Positions 27,113-36,195 of a stretch of 39,274 bases of DNA are shown piece after piece; positions within the stretch are counted from its first letter, which is position 1; each line of letters begins with the position of its first letter. The position numbers and the translations under genes were made by a program. The DNA is from Candidatus Nanoarchaeia archaeon (GTDB lineage: Archaea; Nanobdellota; Nanobdellia; Woesearchaeales; DATDTY01). Under the pieces are notes generated by a model, which was not told the origin of the DNA, did not search any database, and saw nothing but the letters and a program-made list of their open reading frames with translations. The stretch covers positions 1 through 39,274 of the forward strand of contig DATDTY010000068.1 in the NCBI GenBank assembly GCA_035290625.1. The letters run 5' to 3'.

Positions 27113-28518
27113 ATCTCGCTCACCTTCTTCCCTTCAACCTTTCCCCTAAATCTTTTCATTGCAATGCCCATCAAAGCTCCCAGAGAGGCTCCTTTGTTCT
27201 CATCGATGATGAGCTTGATTGCCTTTTCTATCTCGGCATCGGATACTGTTTTAAATTCAGTTAGAGAGTATTTCTCATTTCTTAATTTTTTTGTGAGGAT
27301 GTCTATAATCGCCTCTTTTGGAATCTGCTTTTTTTCGTAGAAGTTGAGGACTTCCTTGAAATCCGCATGCGTCAGCTTTTTTGTGTCAAGGCCGAATCGC
27401 GACTTTATTTCTTTTGGAGTCGCTATTAAGGTGTTGGCTATGAATAAGGGCTCCAATGATTTGAATTCTTTGAAATAGGACGGAAGGCTGATTTTTCTTT
27501 TTACTGCTTCTTCTGCAAATTCTTTCGGTATCCTGTAGGTTTCCTGGAGCTGTTTTATTTCATCTGATAAGAGATTTGGAAGCTTTGCCTCAAGCATCGA
27601 TTCCGGTATCTTTATAGGCACAACATCTGTCTCTGGATATAATCTTGCGGCTCCCGGCAACGGCCTAAGGAAAGAGGTGGTAAAGCCAGGCTCTGCTTTT
27701 CTCACTTCGTTCTTTAGTGTTTTCCCCTGTTTTATTTCATTGAGCTGCCTCTGGATCTCCTGCTCGATAACTCTAGGGATAGACTTCAATTCCTGGAAGC
27801 CTTTTATCTCCGTCCTTGCGCCGCCTTTTATTGATACATTGACATCCTGCCTGATGGAGCCGATGCCGCGCTTCATCGAGCCAACGCTTCGGAGCATCAT
27901 CCCAATTATTGAGGCTGCTTCTTTCACATGCTCAGGATCCTGCAATGAGGCATCGGTTGATATCTCAAGAAGCGCAACCCCTAAGCGGTCAAGGCGGTAG
28001 GTGACTGATTCTTCGTTTTGGTCAATTTTTTTTGCTGCCTCTTCCTCCAGGAGGAGGGTCGGTATCGCTACGTTCCCTTTCGCGGTTTCAACATACCCAT
28101 TCCTTCCAATTAAGGCTGTGCGCTGGAAGCCTGTCGTGTTTGAGCCGTCAATGACTATTTTCCTCATGACCTGGATTTCGTCAACAATGGACATGTGAAG
28201 AAGGCGGGCCACGTTTACTGCGATTTCAAGCGCCTTCTGGTTTATGGTTTTTGGGGGTTCTTCATCAATTTCTATAAGACAAGAGCTTGTTGGCGCTGCT
28301 TCATAGACGTAATACTTCTTTTTTGCTTCTTCGTGCCTGGCAGCAATGTCAATTTCTCCTGTCTCTCCAACAACTGCCCGCAAATACCTTTTTATGCGAA
28401 TTGAGGCCTTGTTTGGGTCATTGACTAAAGAGGGGCAGTCGCAGAAGAGCTTTTTTGTGTCAAGCTGCTGGTGGACTTCCAGGCCTGCTTTGAAGCCGAG
28501 GTCTTTGTAATTGAGCAT
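27091..28518 (-). CDS. gatE: Glu-tRNA(Gln) amidotransferase subunit E
   Basis: GLEVHQQLDTKKLFC, RKIVIDGSNTTGFQRT, RLDRLG, RGIGSIRQDVNVS, RPLPGAARLYPETD. Confidence 0.97.
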   Translation of the reverse strand: MLNYKDLGFKAGLEVHQQLDTKKLFCDCPSLVNDPNKASIRIKRYLRAVVGETGEIDIAARHEEAKKKYYVYEAAPTSSCLIEIDEEPPKTINQKALEIAVNVARLLHMSIVDEIQVMRKIVIDGSNTTGFQRTALIGRNGYVETAKGNVAIPTLLLEEEAAKKIDQNEESVTYRLDRLGVALLEISTDASLQDPEHVKEAASIIGMMLRSVGSMKRGIGSIRQDVNVSIKGGARTEIKGFQELKSIPRVIEQEIQRQLNEIKQGKTLKNEVRKAEPGFTTSFLRPLPGAARLYPETDVVPIKIPESMLEAKLPNLLSDEIKQLQETYRIPKEFAEEAVKRKISLPSYFKEFKSLEPLFIANTLIATPKEIKSRFGLDTKKLTHADFKEVLNFYEKKQIPKEAIIDILTKKLRNEKYSLTEFKTVSDAEIEKAIKLIIDENKGASLGALMGIAMKRFRGKVEGKKVSEILQKLLN

Positions 28519-28571
28519 AGAGGTAAAAGGTGGCGGTAGGTTTATAAGGTTTTTTATGCGAATTTTGCTTC

Positions 28572-28791
28572 TCGGAGCAGAGTAAAGAGATTATTGTTTA
28601 GCGATATTCCAAACTAGCTCATACCATGCCTGTGCATTTTTGGTCGCTCCTTCGGAGCAGTTCGCCTTGTGCGTATGTGAGCGAGGAGCGACATATCCTC
28701 CGATGGGACGACCCCCTTGTCGCTGTGACGTCTTTTGATAAAGAAGGCTCACGGATGATGTTGCCTTCATTTTCAGAGCCCAATTCTCCGA
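28572..28791. other. Structured element (family copy 3, expanded/divergent)
   Basis: agttcgc (28659-28665), agcgaca/tgtcgct stem, 17-mer ggacgacccccttgtcg (28706-28722) identical to 15053-15069, gctcac (28747-28752). Outer boundaries are approximate (tcggag/ctccga). Confidence 0.65.
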
Positions 28792-28795
28792 AAGG

Positions 28796-28826
28796 CTTAA
28801 ATATTTGGGTATATACTGTATATACT
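28796..28826 (+). promoter_or_regulatory. TATA box plus two tandem GTATATAC palindromes immediately before the ATG
   Basis: cttaaata, then gtatatac (28809-28816), t, gtatatac (28818-28825), t, ATG. Confidence 0.65.
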
Positions 28827-29609
28827 ATGCAAATAACCAGAACTGTCCAGCAGATCGGAAATGGGGCCCATGTCTACCTGCCGAAGGAGATGACTGGGAA
28901 GAAGGTAGTGGTAAGCCTTGCCAGGAAAAGCATGGAGGAGATTGAGACAGAAATCCTGATGATCCTGAAGAAGCATCTGAGGCATATTTCAGGGGTATAC
29001 CTGTATGGGTCCTATGCGCGGGGAGAGGAGACTCCGGAGTCGGATATCGATGTGCTGGTGATCAGCGATGTTGATATCAAGAAGAGAGTTGGGGGATATG
29101 ATATTATCTCTGCGTCTCAGGAGCAGGTAGAAAAGACGATTGAAAACAACGCTGTGCTTCTCCTGCCTATCCTGAAAGAAGCGAAGCCGATCCTCAATGA
29201 AGCGTGGTTGGACAGGCCCAGCAAGCAAAGATTGACAAAGAGGAATACACAATGGTATATTGAGACCACAGAGAGCTCTTTGAAGCTCGCTGAAGATTGG
29301 ATCCGCGAAAGGGATACCAAGGTTATTGACTCGATTGTTTACCCTTTGATCATGAGATTGAGGGGATTGATACTCATTGGATCATTGCTACACGACAAAA
29401 AGTATTCTCATAAGCAGGTATTAGAGCACCTCATAAAAGGAGATATATCCCCTGATAAGGCAAATCAGCTGTATAGGATGTACAAGGAGCATAGGGATAC
29501 TCGGCCCGTATCAAAAAATTCCTTGGACTATGATGATATTAGTATGCTGTATCGGGTTGTTTACAGGCATTTCTGCAGGATAAGATCGTTATGGGAAAAG
29601 CTAAGATAA
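28827..29609 (+). CDS. AbrB/DUF2080-like DNA-binding domain fused to a nucleotidyltransferase and helical C-terminal domain
   Basis: VQQIGNGAHVYLPKEMTGKKVVV N-terminus; VYLYGSYARGE...SDIDVLVI MNT motif. Start moved to ATG 28827. Confidence 0.88.
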   Translation: MQITRTVQQIGNGAHVYLPKEMTGKKVVVSLARKSMEEIETEILMILKKHLRHISGVYLYGSYARGEETPESDIDVLVISDVDIKKRVGGYDIISASQEQVEKTIENNAVLLLPILKEAKPILNEAWLDRPSKQRLTKRNTQWYIETTESSLKLAEDWIRERDTKVIDSIVYPLIMRLRGLILIGSLLHDKKYSHKQVLEHLIKGDISPDKANQLYRMYKEHRDTRPVSKNSLDYDDISMLYRVVYRHFCRIRSLWEKLR

Positions 29610-29792
29610 GAAAGAAACTGGAGGGATATAAGAAACAATTGATAAAGCATATTTCCAAATTCAGGGAAGCTGAGGAAAGGGGGGGATGCGGGAAGCATGA
29701 ACTATATGGCAAGAGAGATGAAGGATTACATGAAGAGGATGGACCTATTGAAATCAAGAATGAAGCCAAGGAAAAAGTTAATACAAAAATGA
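29591..29792 (+). pseudogene. Small basic helical-hairpin protein interrupted by an apparent +1 frameshift in a G7 run
   Basis: Removing one G from 29679-29685 gives MGKAKIRKKLEGYKKQLIKHISKFREAEERGDAGSMNYMAREMKDYMKRMDLLKSRMKPRKKLIQK*, continuous and amphipathic. Confidence 0.6.
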
Positions 29793-31061
29793 ATCCGGCA
29801 GTATCCTCTCTGATATCTCTCCAGTGAGATTTGTCTTGAAAAGCTCTTTTACTTTTCCTGTGTCTTTTTCTCTGCTTAAGAGCCATCCTAACTTTACAAA
29901 CGCAGTCTCAGGAGTCATGTCCTCTGCAAAGACGCAGCCTAAGCCGAGAGAGAGCTTTCTTAAGTTTGTGTAGACTAATGGGTGCGCCCTGCCATAAAGC
30001 GTTTGGGAGGCTATTGCCACGATGACACCTTTTTTTATGGCTTTTTCAAGTTGAGGGATGAATGATTTCGGTCCGTTGACAGGGATATGGCCAAGGGCTG
30101 TTGCAGAAAGCACAATTCCTTTATATCCTTTGGATACATAGTAGTCAATAATCGAGGGGTCAATTTCAGGATGGATCTGGATCAGGGCTGTTTTGGGATC
30201 AAACGATGCTTCCAAGGCTGCTTTTCCGTCGTTTCTTTTTTTATAGGAAGCGTTGACGATCCTAATTGATCCCTCTAATGGCACCTCTGCAAGAGGAAGC
30301 TCATTGATTGGGCGGAATGCATCTCTTCTTGAGGTGTGCATCTTTCTTGTTTTTGTTCCTCTGTTGAGGATGCAATGGGAATCGTTTGTCGTTCCATGAA
30401 GGCAGGTTGCAACTTCTGCGCCATCCCAAGAGGTTGCTGCCTTGACGCTGCAAATCAGATTCATGAATGCGTCTGAAGAACCTCTGTCAATGGAGCGCTG
30501 TGCTGCGGTGAAGATGACGGGTTTTGGGAGGCCCTGGAGGAAAAAGGAGAGGGCTGCTGTTGAATAATGCAGGGTATCTGTGCCGTGGGTAATGACAACT
30601 CCGTCTGCTCCTGCATCAAGCTCTTTCTTGACCTCCTTTGCAATCTCAATCCATTCCTTTGAGGCTATATCCTCGCTCATCATTGCCATGACTTTTCTTG
30701 CTTTGATGTTTGCAATCCCAGCAAGCTCAGGCAGCATCTGGACATAGTCTTCTGCGGTGTAGTCTGCGTACACTCCTCCTGTCCTGTAATCCACCTTAGA
30801 AGCAATCGTGCCTCCTGTTGAGAGAATGGAAACTGTGGGCAGGCCTTTGGTATGCCTGAGCTTTAGCTTTTTTTCCTTTGGCTTTTCATAAGGCTTAAGG
30901 ACTTTGACCTTCTGGATCTTCTTCTTTTCTATGCAGATGTTGTATCCATTGTCAAGCTTGAGGACAAGGATGTCATCTCCCAAGAGCTCTGGCCTTTGGA
31001 TGATGACTCCTTCGAGCGTCTCTTCAGAAGTTGTGATCTGGACAAGGTCTCCTGGGTTCAT
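29778..31061 (-). CDS. gatD: Glu-tRNA(Gln) amidotransferase subunit D
   Basis: KLDNGYNI, STGGTIASKVDYRTG, THGTDT, QRSIDRGSSD, RKMHTSRRDAF; ATG 31061 is ~24 nt from a TATA box. Confidence 0.97.
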   Translation of the reverse strand: MNPGDLVQITTSEETLEGVIIQRPELLGDDILVLKLDNGYNICIEKKKIQKVKVLKPYEKPKEKKLKLRHTKGLPTVSILSTGGTIASKVDYRTGGVYADYTAEDYVQMLPELAGIANIKARKVMAMMSEDIASKEWIEIAKEVKKELDAGADGVVITHGTDTLHYSTAALSFFLQGLPKPVIFTAAQRSIDRGSSDAFMNLICSVKAATSWDGAEVATCLHGTTNDSHCILNRGTKTRKMHTSRRDAFRPINELPLAEVPLEGSIRIVNASYKKRNDGKAALEASFDPKTALIQIHPEIDPSIIDYYVSKGYKGIVLSATALGHIPVNGPKSFIPQLEKAIKKGVIVAIASQTLYGRAHPLVYTNLRKLSLGLGCVFAEDMTPETAFVKLGWLLSREKDTGKVKELFKTNLTGEISERILPDSFLY

Positions 31062-31103
31062 GGCTGCCAAGGAGGCTAAAGAACTTATAAACTTTTGTGT
31101 TTT

Positions 31104-31619
31104 TTAAAAAAAGTAGGATCTATGGTTAAACCTGCCATCCGAATTGGGCAAGTGGGTTGTCTGCATCATCCGCCCGGGATACCTCAAGGATAATGGTACG
31201 CCTGTTGAGGAAGCTTCCTCAATTGCGCGTTTTGAGATTTCTTCAGGAGAAATTCCATACTTCCCTGCAGTTTCATAGAATGCTGTGATCTCTGGCCGAG
31301 CCGCACCTGGCCCTTTCGCCGCAAGACAGGCAAATTCGTGGTCTTTAAGCTGTTTGAGTATGGCAAATCTCACTTTTGACTTATGGAATTCATCCAACCC
31401 TTCAAAGCGCAAAGCTTTGTTGAGCCCATTCGAACTTGTAATAAGATTCTCCAGGAGGCTGATATTCGGCTGTTCTGCCGCTTGATTAATTGATTCCAGA
31501 TTCTGTATGAATCTCGTGAAGTAAGTGGTTCCAACCCAACCATCAACACGGCTGTTGCTCGGAAAGTACACAGCTGACTGGAGCCCTGGCCCGTACAGCA
31601 TGAAGATTTCCCGGCTCAT
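31104..31619 (-). CDS. Hypothetical protein
   Basis: 171-aa ORF 7 nt downstream of cdc48, same strand. Confidence 0.6.
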   Translation of the reverse strand: MSREIFMLYGPGLQSAVYFPSNSRVDGWVGTTYFTRFIQNLESINQAAEQPNISLLENLITSSNGLNKALRFEGLDEFHKSKVRFAILKQLKDHEFACLAAKGPGAARPEITAFYETAGKYGISPEEISKRAIEEASSTGVPLSLRYPGRMMQTTHLPNSDGRFNHRSYFF

Positions 31620-31626
31620 TTCTGCA

Positions 31627-33897
31627 TCATCCCATATAACTTGGCTTTTCCTCTTTCATCTGCTTTGCCTGAGCAGAGCGGAAATGCTCCTGGATCTCAT
31701 GATAGGCCTTTTCAATCTCCTTGGTCACTGAAGGCTTTACCCTGCTGATGGCCTGCTCAAAGTGATATTGCGTGACTATTTTTGACTTGATATCTTCGCG
31801 GAGCGCAACGATGGCTGCTTCGCGGCAGATGGCTTCGATGTCTGCTCCGACATAGCCTTCTGTCAGGCTGACGAGGCGATCCAGATCAACATTGGAGAGC
31901 GGCATCTTTGATGTGTGGACCTTGAATACCTCCAGGCGAGCCAGGGCATCGGGGGAGGGGGTCAGGATGATCCGGTCAAACCTGCCTGGCCTGAGGAGCG
32001 CAGTATCCAGCATATCGGGCCTGTTTGTGGCAGCGATAACAACCACTTCATTAAGTTCGTCCAGGCCATCCATTTCTGTGAGCAGCTGGTTTACCACGCG
32101 CTCAGTAACATGAGAGTCTGAAGATGCTCCCCGTACAGGGGCAATAGCATCAATCTCGTCAAAAAAGATGATAGTAGGAGAGGTCTGCCGCGCCTTTTGG
32201 AATATTTTTCTAATGCCTTTCTCTGATTCACCTACCCACTTTGACAGCATTTCGGGGCCTTTTACAAGGATAAAATTCGCTTCAGATTCTGTGGCGACTG
32301 CTTTTGCCAGGAGTGTTTTCCCGGTTCCAGGAGGGCCGTAGAGGAGAATTCCTTTTGGAGGGCTGACACCAAGCGCCCTGAATGCTTCAGGAGTCTTGAG
32401 CGGCCATTCCACTGCCTCCTTGAGCTGCTGCTTGACTTCCTCCAAGCCCCCAATCTGGGCCCATTTGATATTGGGAATTTCAACCAAGACTTCGCGCATT
32501 GCAGAGGGCCTGACAACCTTCAGTGCTTCCTGGAAGTCCCTCTTGGTAATCCTGAGCTTCTCGAGCATCTCCGAGGGGATTGCCTCATCATCCTTCAGTT
32601 TAAGCTCCGGAAGAAGTCTCCTCAGGACAATCATGGCCGCCTCTTTTGCCAATGCGCTCAGGTCAGCCCCCACAAAGCCGTGCGTAACGGCTGCCATGTC
32701 CTTCAGAAGTACGTCCTTTGCCAGGGGCATGTTCCTGGTATGGATTTTGAGGATTGTGTGCCTTCCCTTCTGCTTTGGCACGCCAATCTCAATCTCGCGG
32801 TCAAACCTGCCGGGGCGGCGCAGCGCAGGATCGAGAGAGTTGGGGATATTGGAGGCTGCAATCACAACAACCTTCCCCCTGGATTTCAACCCATCCATTA
32901 AGGCGAGAAGCTGGGCAACCACGCGGCGCTCAACCTCTCCGTGCGTGTCCTCTCTTTTGGAGGCAATTGCATCGATTTCGTCAATGAAGATTATAGATGG
33001 GGCATTTTTTTCAGCATCTTCAAATTTTTTCCTGAGATTTTCTTCGCTCTGGCCGTAATATTTTGACATGATCTCGGGACCATTGATCAGGATAAAGTTC
33101 GCATTGGTCTCATTCGCGACTGCCTTTGCCAGCAGCGTCTTCCCGGTTCCGGGCGGACCGTGCAAGAGAACTCCCTTTGGGGCCTCAATGCCCAGGCGCT
33201 CGAAGAGCTCAGGATGTTTGAGGGGAAGCTCGACCATCTCACGGACTTTTGCCAGCTCTTCATCCAGGCCGCCAATATCCTCGTAGGTCACTTCAGGGAT
33301 CTTTTCCTCAGTGACCTCGACCGCCTCAGGGTTAAACACAATCTCCGTGAGCTCTGAGATGATGACTGGCTGCTTGGGCTGGGTATCCACGACGATGAAT
33401 TTCAGGTCGCCGAATCCAAAGCCCATAAATTCCTCATCAAGCATTCCAAAAACATCTTCGAAGAATCTGGAGTCTGACATCGTGGTCCTTCTCCTCCTTG
33501 TTCCGCCCAGAGAGATGATATCTCCCTTCACAGTGGCGCGGCCGAGCAGACCCTGCTTGAAATAAGAGGGAGAAGTCCGGACAATGATCCCTTTCTTTGC
33601 CGGGGCAATCGTGACCTTTTTTGCCTCCTTGACCTGGGCCTTGGTGATCTTGACCTGCTCGCCAATCCCTGTCCTGGAATTTCTCCTTGTAATGCCATCC
33701 ATGCGGATGATGCTCAAGCCTATATCCCCAGGATATGCCCTGTCCACTATCGCAACAGTCTTTCGCTCTCCTTCAAGCTGGACAATATCTCCAGGCCGGG
33801 CTCCCAGCGTCTTCATATGGGTTGAATCTATCCTGATAATGCCCTTGTTGACGTCGTCTTGAACCGCTTCTGCAACTTTGAGCTTGATTTCAGTCAT
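31627..33897 (-). CDS. cdc48: CDC48/VCP family AAA ATPase
   Basis: N-domain plus two AAA modules ([44 protein letters not shown]), C-terminal YMG HbYX-like motif. Confidence 0.98.
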   Translation of the reverse strand: MTEIKLKVAEAVQDDVNKGIIRIDSTHMKTLGARPGDIVQLEGERKTVAIVDRAYPGDIGLSIIRMDGITRRNSRTGIGEQVKITKAQVKEAKKVTIAPAKKGIIVRTSPSYFKQGLLGRATVKGDIISLGGTRRRRTTMSDSRFFEDVFGMLDEEFMGFGFGDLKFIVVDTQPKQPVIISELTEIVFNPEAVEVTEEKIPEVTYEDIGGLDEELAKVREMVELPLKHPELFERLGIEAPKGVLLHGPPGTGKTLLAKAVANETNANFILINGPEIMSKYYGQSEENLRKKFEDAEKNAPSIIFIDEIDAIASKREDTHGEVERRVVAQLLALMDGLKSRGKVVVIAASNIPNSLDPALRRPGRFDREIEIGVPKQKGRHTILKIHTRNMPLAKDVLLKDMAAVTHGFVGADLSALAKEAAMIVLRRLLPELKLKDDEAIPSEMLEKLRITKRDFQEALKVVRPSAMREVLVEIPNIKWAQIGGLEEVKQQLKEAVEWPLKTPEAFRALGVSPPKGILLYGPPGTGKTLLAKAVATESEANFILVKGPEMLSKWVGESEKGIRKIFQKARQTSPTIIFFDEIDAIAPVRGASSDSHVTERVVNQLLTEMDGLDELNEVVVIAATNRPDMLDTALLRPGRFDRIILTPSPDALARLEVFKVHTSKMPLSNVDLDRLVSLTEGYVGADIEAICREAAIVALREDIKSKIVTQYHFEQAISRVKPSVTKEIEKAYHEIQEHFRSAQAKQMKEEKPSYMG

Positions 33898-34107
33898 GCG
33901 GAAGAGTGATGCTTTGGATTTTATAAAATGAGAAGTTTCAAGGAAGGAAGCTGGTGGAGGGAGGGGAAGCGAATTTCCGGACAGCGCCTTGAGGTTTTGT
34001 AAACGCGGGATCTATTACGGGAAACCCAGAATTCCATATCAGTTTTATTTCAAAAATTCGTTATTGAAAATTCGCCGGAGAGGGGCGCGTGAGCCACAAG
34101 TTGCTCT

Positions 34108-34530
34108 TTACTTCACCTGAGCGTCATTCGCCTGAACTCTGGGAAGCTGCAATGGAGGCGGCAGTCCAATGTCCTGGCTCAGGATAAGGGCCTGGATATG
34201 GCATTTCTGGACAATGCCGTTCAGCACATCCACCATGACCTCCTTCGGAATCTTCTTGTCTTTTTTCCAGCTTGCTGCGATGTCTTTCATCGTTTTTGGA
34301 TCGTCCAGGTAAATCACATCGCCATAGAGGCCTATAACACCGAGCCCGGGATCATAGGTGGTTACAAACTCGAAGGTGAAGCGGAGGCTGTCCTGCGACA
34401 TCTTTCCAAGGGGGAGCTTCTTCTCCTCGACGTTCTTTATCGCAACATTGTTATTTATTTTAATCTCGCCCTGAGTAGGAATTTTTTTCTCCACATTTAT
34501 TTTGCTGTAATTGAATCCAACAATAACCAT
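34108..34530 (-). CDS. Conserved archaeal hypothetical protein (possibly SecB-like fold)
   Basis: MVIVGFNYSKINVEK...FTFEF...ALILSQDIGLPPPLQLP pattern; fold call is recollection, not computed. Confidence 0.8.
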   Translation of the reverse strand: MVIVGFNYSKINVEKKIPTQGEIKINNNVAIKNVEEKKLPLGKMSQDSLRFTFEFVTTYDPGLGVIGLYGDVIYLDDPKTMKDIAASWKKDKKIPKEVMVDVLNGIVQKCHIQALILSQDIGLPPPLQLPRVQANDAQVK

Positions 34531-34636
34531 AGTATCACCAAGGCTGCGGGTGTTCCGGTTGTATATAAATATTCCTGTTTAGCATCTATCGTCGAAAACG
34601 TAAAATTTAAATAGAGCAGGCGGCTTAAACACCCAA

Positions 34637-34786
34637 ATGAAGAAATGCATCGTGTGCGACGCAGAGCCCGAATTCTGCGTGAAGGGCATCCCGCATGATG
34701 CGTATTGCAGGGAATGCGCGCAGGAGCATTTTAGCGAATTGGATCTGCTCGAACGGATAGAGAAGGAGGATCGAGCCCATGGCTGA
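34637..34786 (+). CDS. 49-aa zinc-finger microprotein (not in ORF track)
   Basis: MKKCIVCDAEPEFCVKGIPHDAYCRECAQEHF...: CxxC...CxxC; TATA tttaaata ~25 nt upstream. Confidence 0.8.
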   Translation: MKKCIVCDAEPEFCVKGIPHDAYCRECAQEHFSELDLLERIEKEDRAHG

Positions 34787-34940
34787 GGTCAGTATCTGGG
34801 TCTGGATTTTAGGGGTCGGCGTTCTTCTCTATATCGCCAGCCGAGTCTTCAGACTTTTTTCTCAGGAAGCCGCAATTGATAGAGAGATGGAGAAAGTCCT
34901 GACATCTGATGAACACAAAGTGAAGGGACAGTACGATTGA
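34779..34940 (+). CDS. 53-aa single-pass membrane microprotein (not in ORF track)
   Basis: MAEVSIWVWILGVGVLLYIASRVFRLF...VLTSDEHKVKGQYD*; GGAGG RBS; stop abuts the alaX ATG. Confidence 0.75.
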   Translation: MAEVSIWVWILGVGVLLYIASRVFRLFSQEAAIDREMEKVLTSDEHKVKGQYD

Positions 34941-35645
34941 ATGACACGGCAACTCTATCTTGAAGATGCATACCGGCGCGTCTTTGATGCAAAGGTTGTG
35001 AATATCTGCGAAGAAGGGATTATTCTTGATCAGACACTCTTCTACCCGGCTGGAGGCGGGCAGCCTTCTGACAAAGGGGCAATTCGGAAAGGAGCGAGCA
35101 GCTATCCGGTCTCAGAGGTTTCCAAGAAGGGAAAGGATATCCTGCATCGGATTGAAGGGAACGGGCTGGCTGCAGGCGATTCTGTTACAGGACAAATCGA
35201 CTGGGATCGGAGATACCGGCTCATGAGGATACATACTGCTGCCCATATCATCAGCGGAATTGCCTCTAAGGAGTTCCATGCAAAGATCACAGGCAACCAG
35301 CTGGAGATTGAGAGGGGCAGGATTGATTTTGACCTGGAGCGGTTCTCCCCCGATGTTGTGAGCATGCTTTTCGAGAAATCAAATGAGATCGTAAGAGGGG
35401 ATCTAGCTCTGAAGACCTATGACATGGCCAGGGAGGAGATTGAGAAGGACCCTGAGATGGTAAAACTCGCTATGGGCCTGCCGCCGCATCTGAAGGTGCT
35501 GAGGATTGTGGATATCATAGGTTTTGACCGGCAGCCTGACGGGGGAACGCATGTGAAGTCGACAAAAGAGGTAGGAGATATTGGGTTTTTACGGTCAGAA
35601 AACAAGGGGAAGAACAACAGGAGAGTCTATTTCACGATACCGTAA
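34941..35645 (+). CDS. alaX: Alanyl-tRNA editing protein AlaX (AlaX-M size)
   Basis: LDQTLFYPAGGGQPSD, RLMRIHTAAH, DGGTHV, KGKNNRRVY. Confidence 0.93.
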   Translation: MTRQLYLEDAYRRVFDAKVVNICEEGIILDQTLFYPAGGGQPSDKGAIRKGASSYPVSEVSKKGKDILHRIEGNGLAAGDSVTGQIDWDRRYRLMRIHTAAHIISGIASKEFHAKITGNQLEIERGRIDFDLERFSPDVVSMLFEKSNEIVRGDLALKTYDMAREEIEKDPEMVKLAMGLPPHLKVLRIVDIIGFDRQPDGGTHVKSTKEVGDIGFLRSENKGKNNRRVYFTIP

Positions 35646-35731
35646 GTTTTGCATTCTGTGTTAAAATAGACCGGCAGGATAGTATGCTAGAAGGCTATGT
35701 TAGGATATAAACTGGACAATGGATAACACAG

Positions 35732-36118
35732 TTAGATAACGTCTTCTTCATCAACAGAGACTTCTTCATCGGATTCGGGCTCATCGGATTCGGGCTTATC
35801 CTCCTGCTTCGATTCAGCCTGGGGCTTTCCTTTTTCTATGATCTCAATCTTGCCGAACCTTCCTGCAGTCAGCTGCATCTCGCCCTGCCACTCATTCACA
35901 AAGCCATTAGTAATCCTGATGGTGTCTCCTTTATTGACCTGGTCAATTTCATCGTTCCAGAGCGTGAGCTTGATTTCGCCGGTGTCATCCTTAAGCCGGG
36001 CGTTGCATACCCTGCCCTGCTTGCCGAATTTCTCCCAAGTCCGGGGGGTCTCCTTGTCAACGACAGCAGCAGTGATGTCCACGTTTCCCTGCTTTGGCTG
36101 GAGGTCTTTGATTGGCAT
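35732..36118 (-). CDS. ssb: Single OB-fold ssDNA-binding protein with acidic tail
   Basis: IKDL...GRVCNARLKDDTGEIKLTLW...NGFVNEWQGEMQLTAGRFG; acidic tail includes a 15-nt tandem duplication (PESDE x2). Confidence 0.9.
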   Translation of the reverse strand: MPIKDLQPKQGNVDITAAVVDKETPRTWEKFGKQGRVCNARLKDDTGEIKLTLWNDEIDQVNKGDTIRITNGFVNEWQGEMQLTAGRFGKIEIIEKGKPQAESKQEDKPESDEPESDEEVSVDEEDVI

Positions 36119-36195
36119 ACAGGCAATTAATCGAGGAGAGTATATAAAGATGACGGTGATGGGTTGACAAAAAGTTCGGGGGAGAGTTTAGCAAG

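Noticed and set aside
28626..28826. N-terminal extension of the 327-aa ORF in the track
   Set aside because: Spans element copy 3 and the promoter/operator; the recognisable domain starts at ATG 28827.
34072..34080. tcgccggag as an att-site copy of the tRNA-Thr 3' end
   Set aside because: Only 9 nt, no integrase, and the intervening 17 kb is mostly housekeeping genes.
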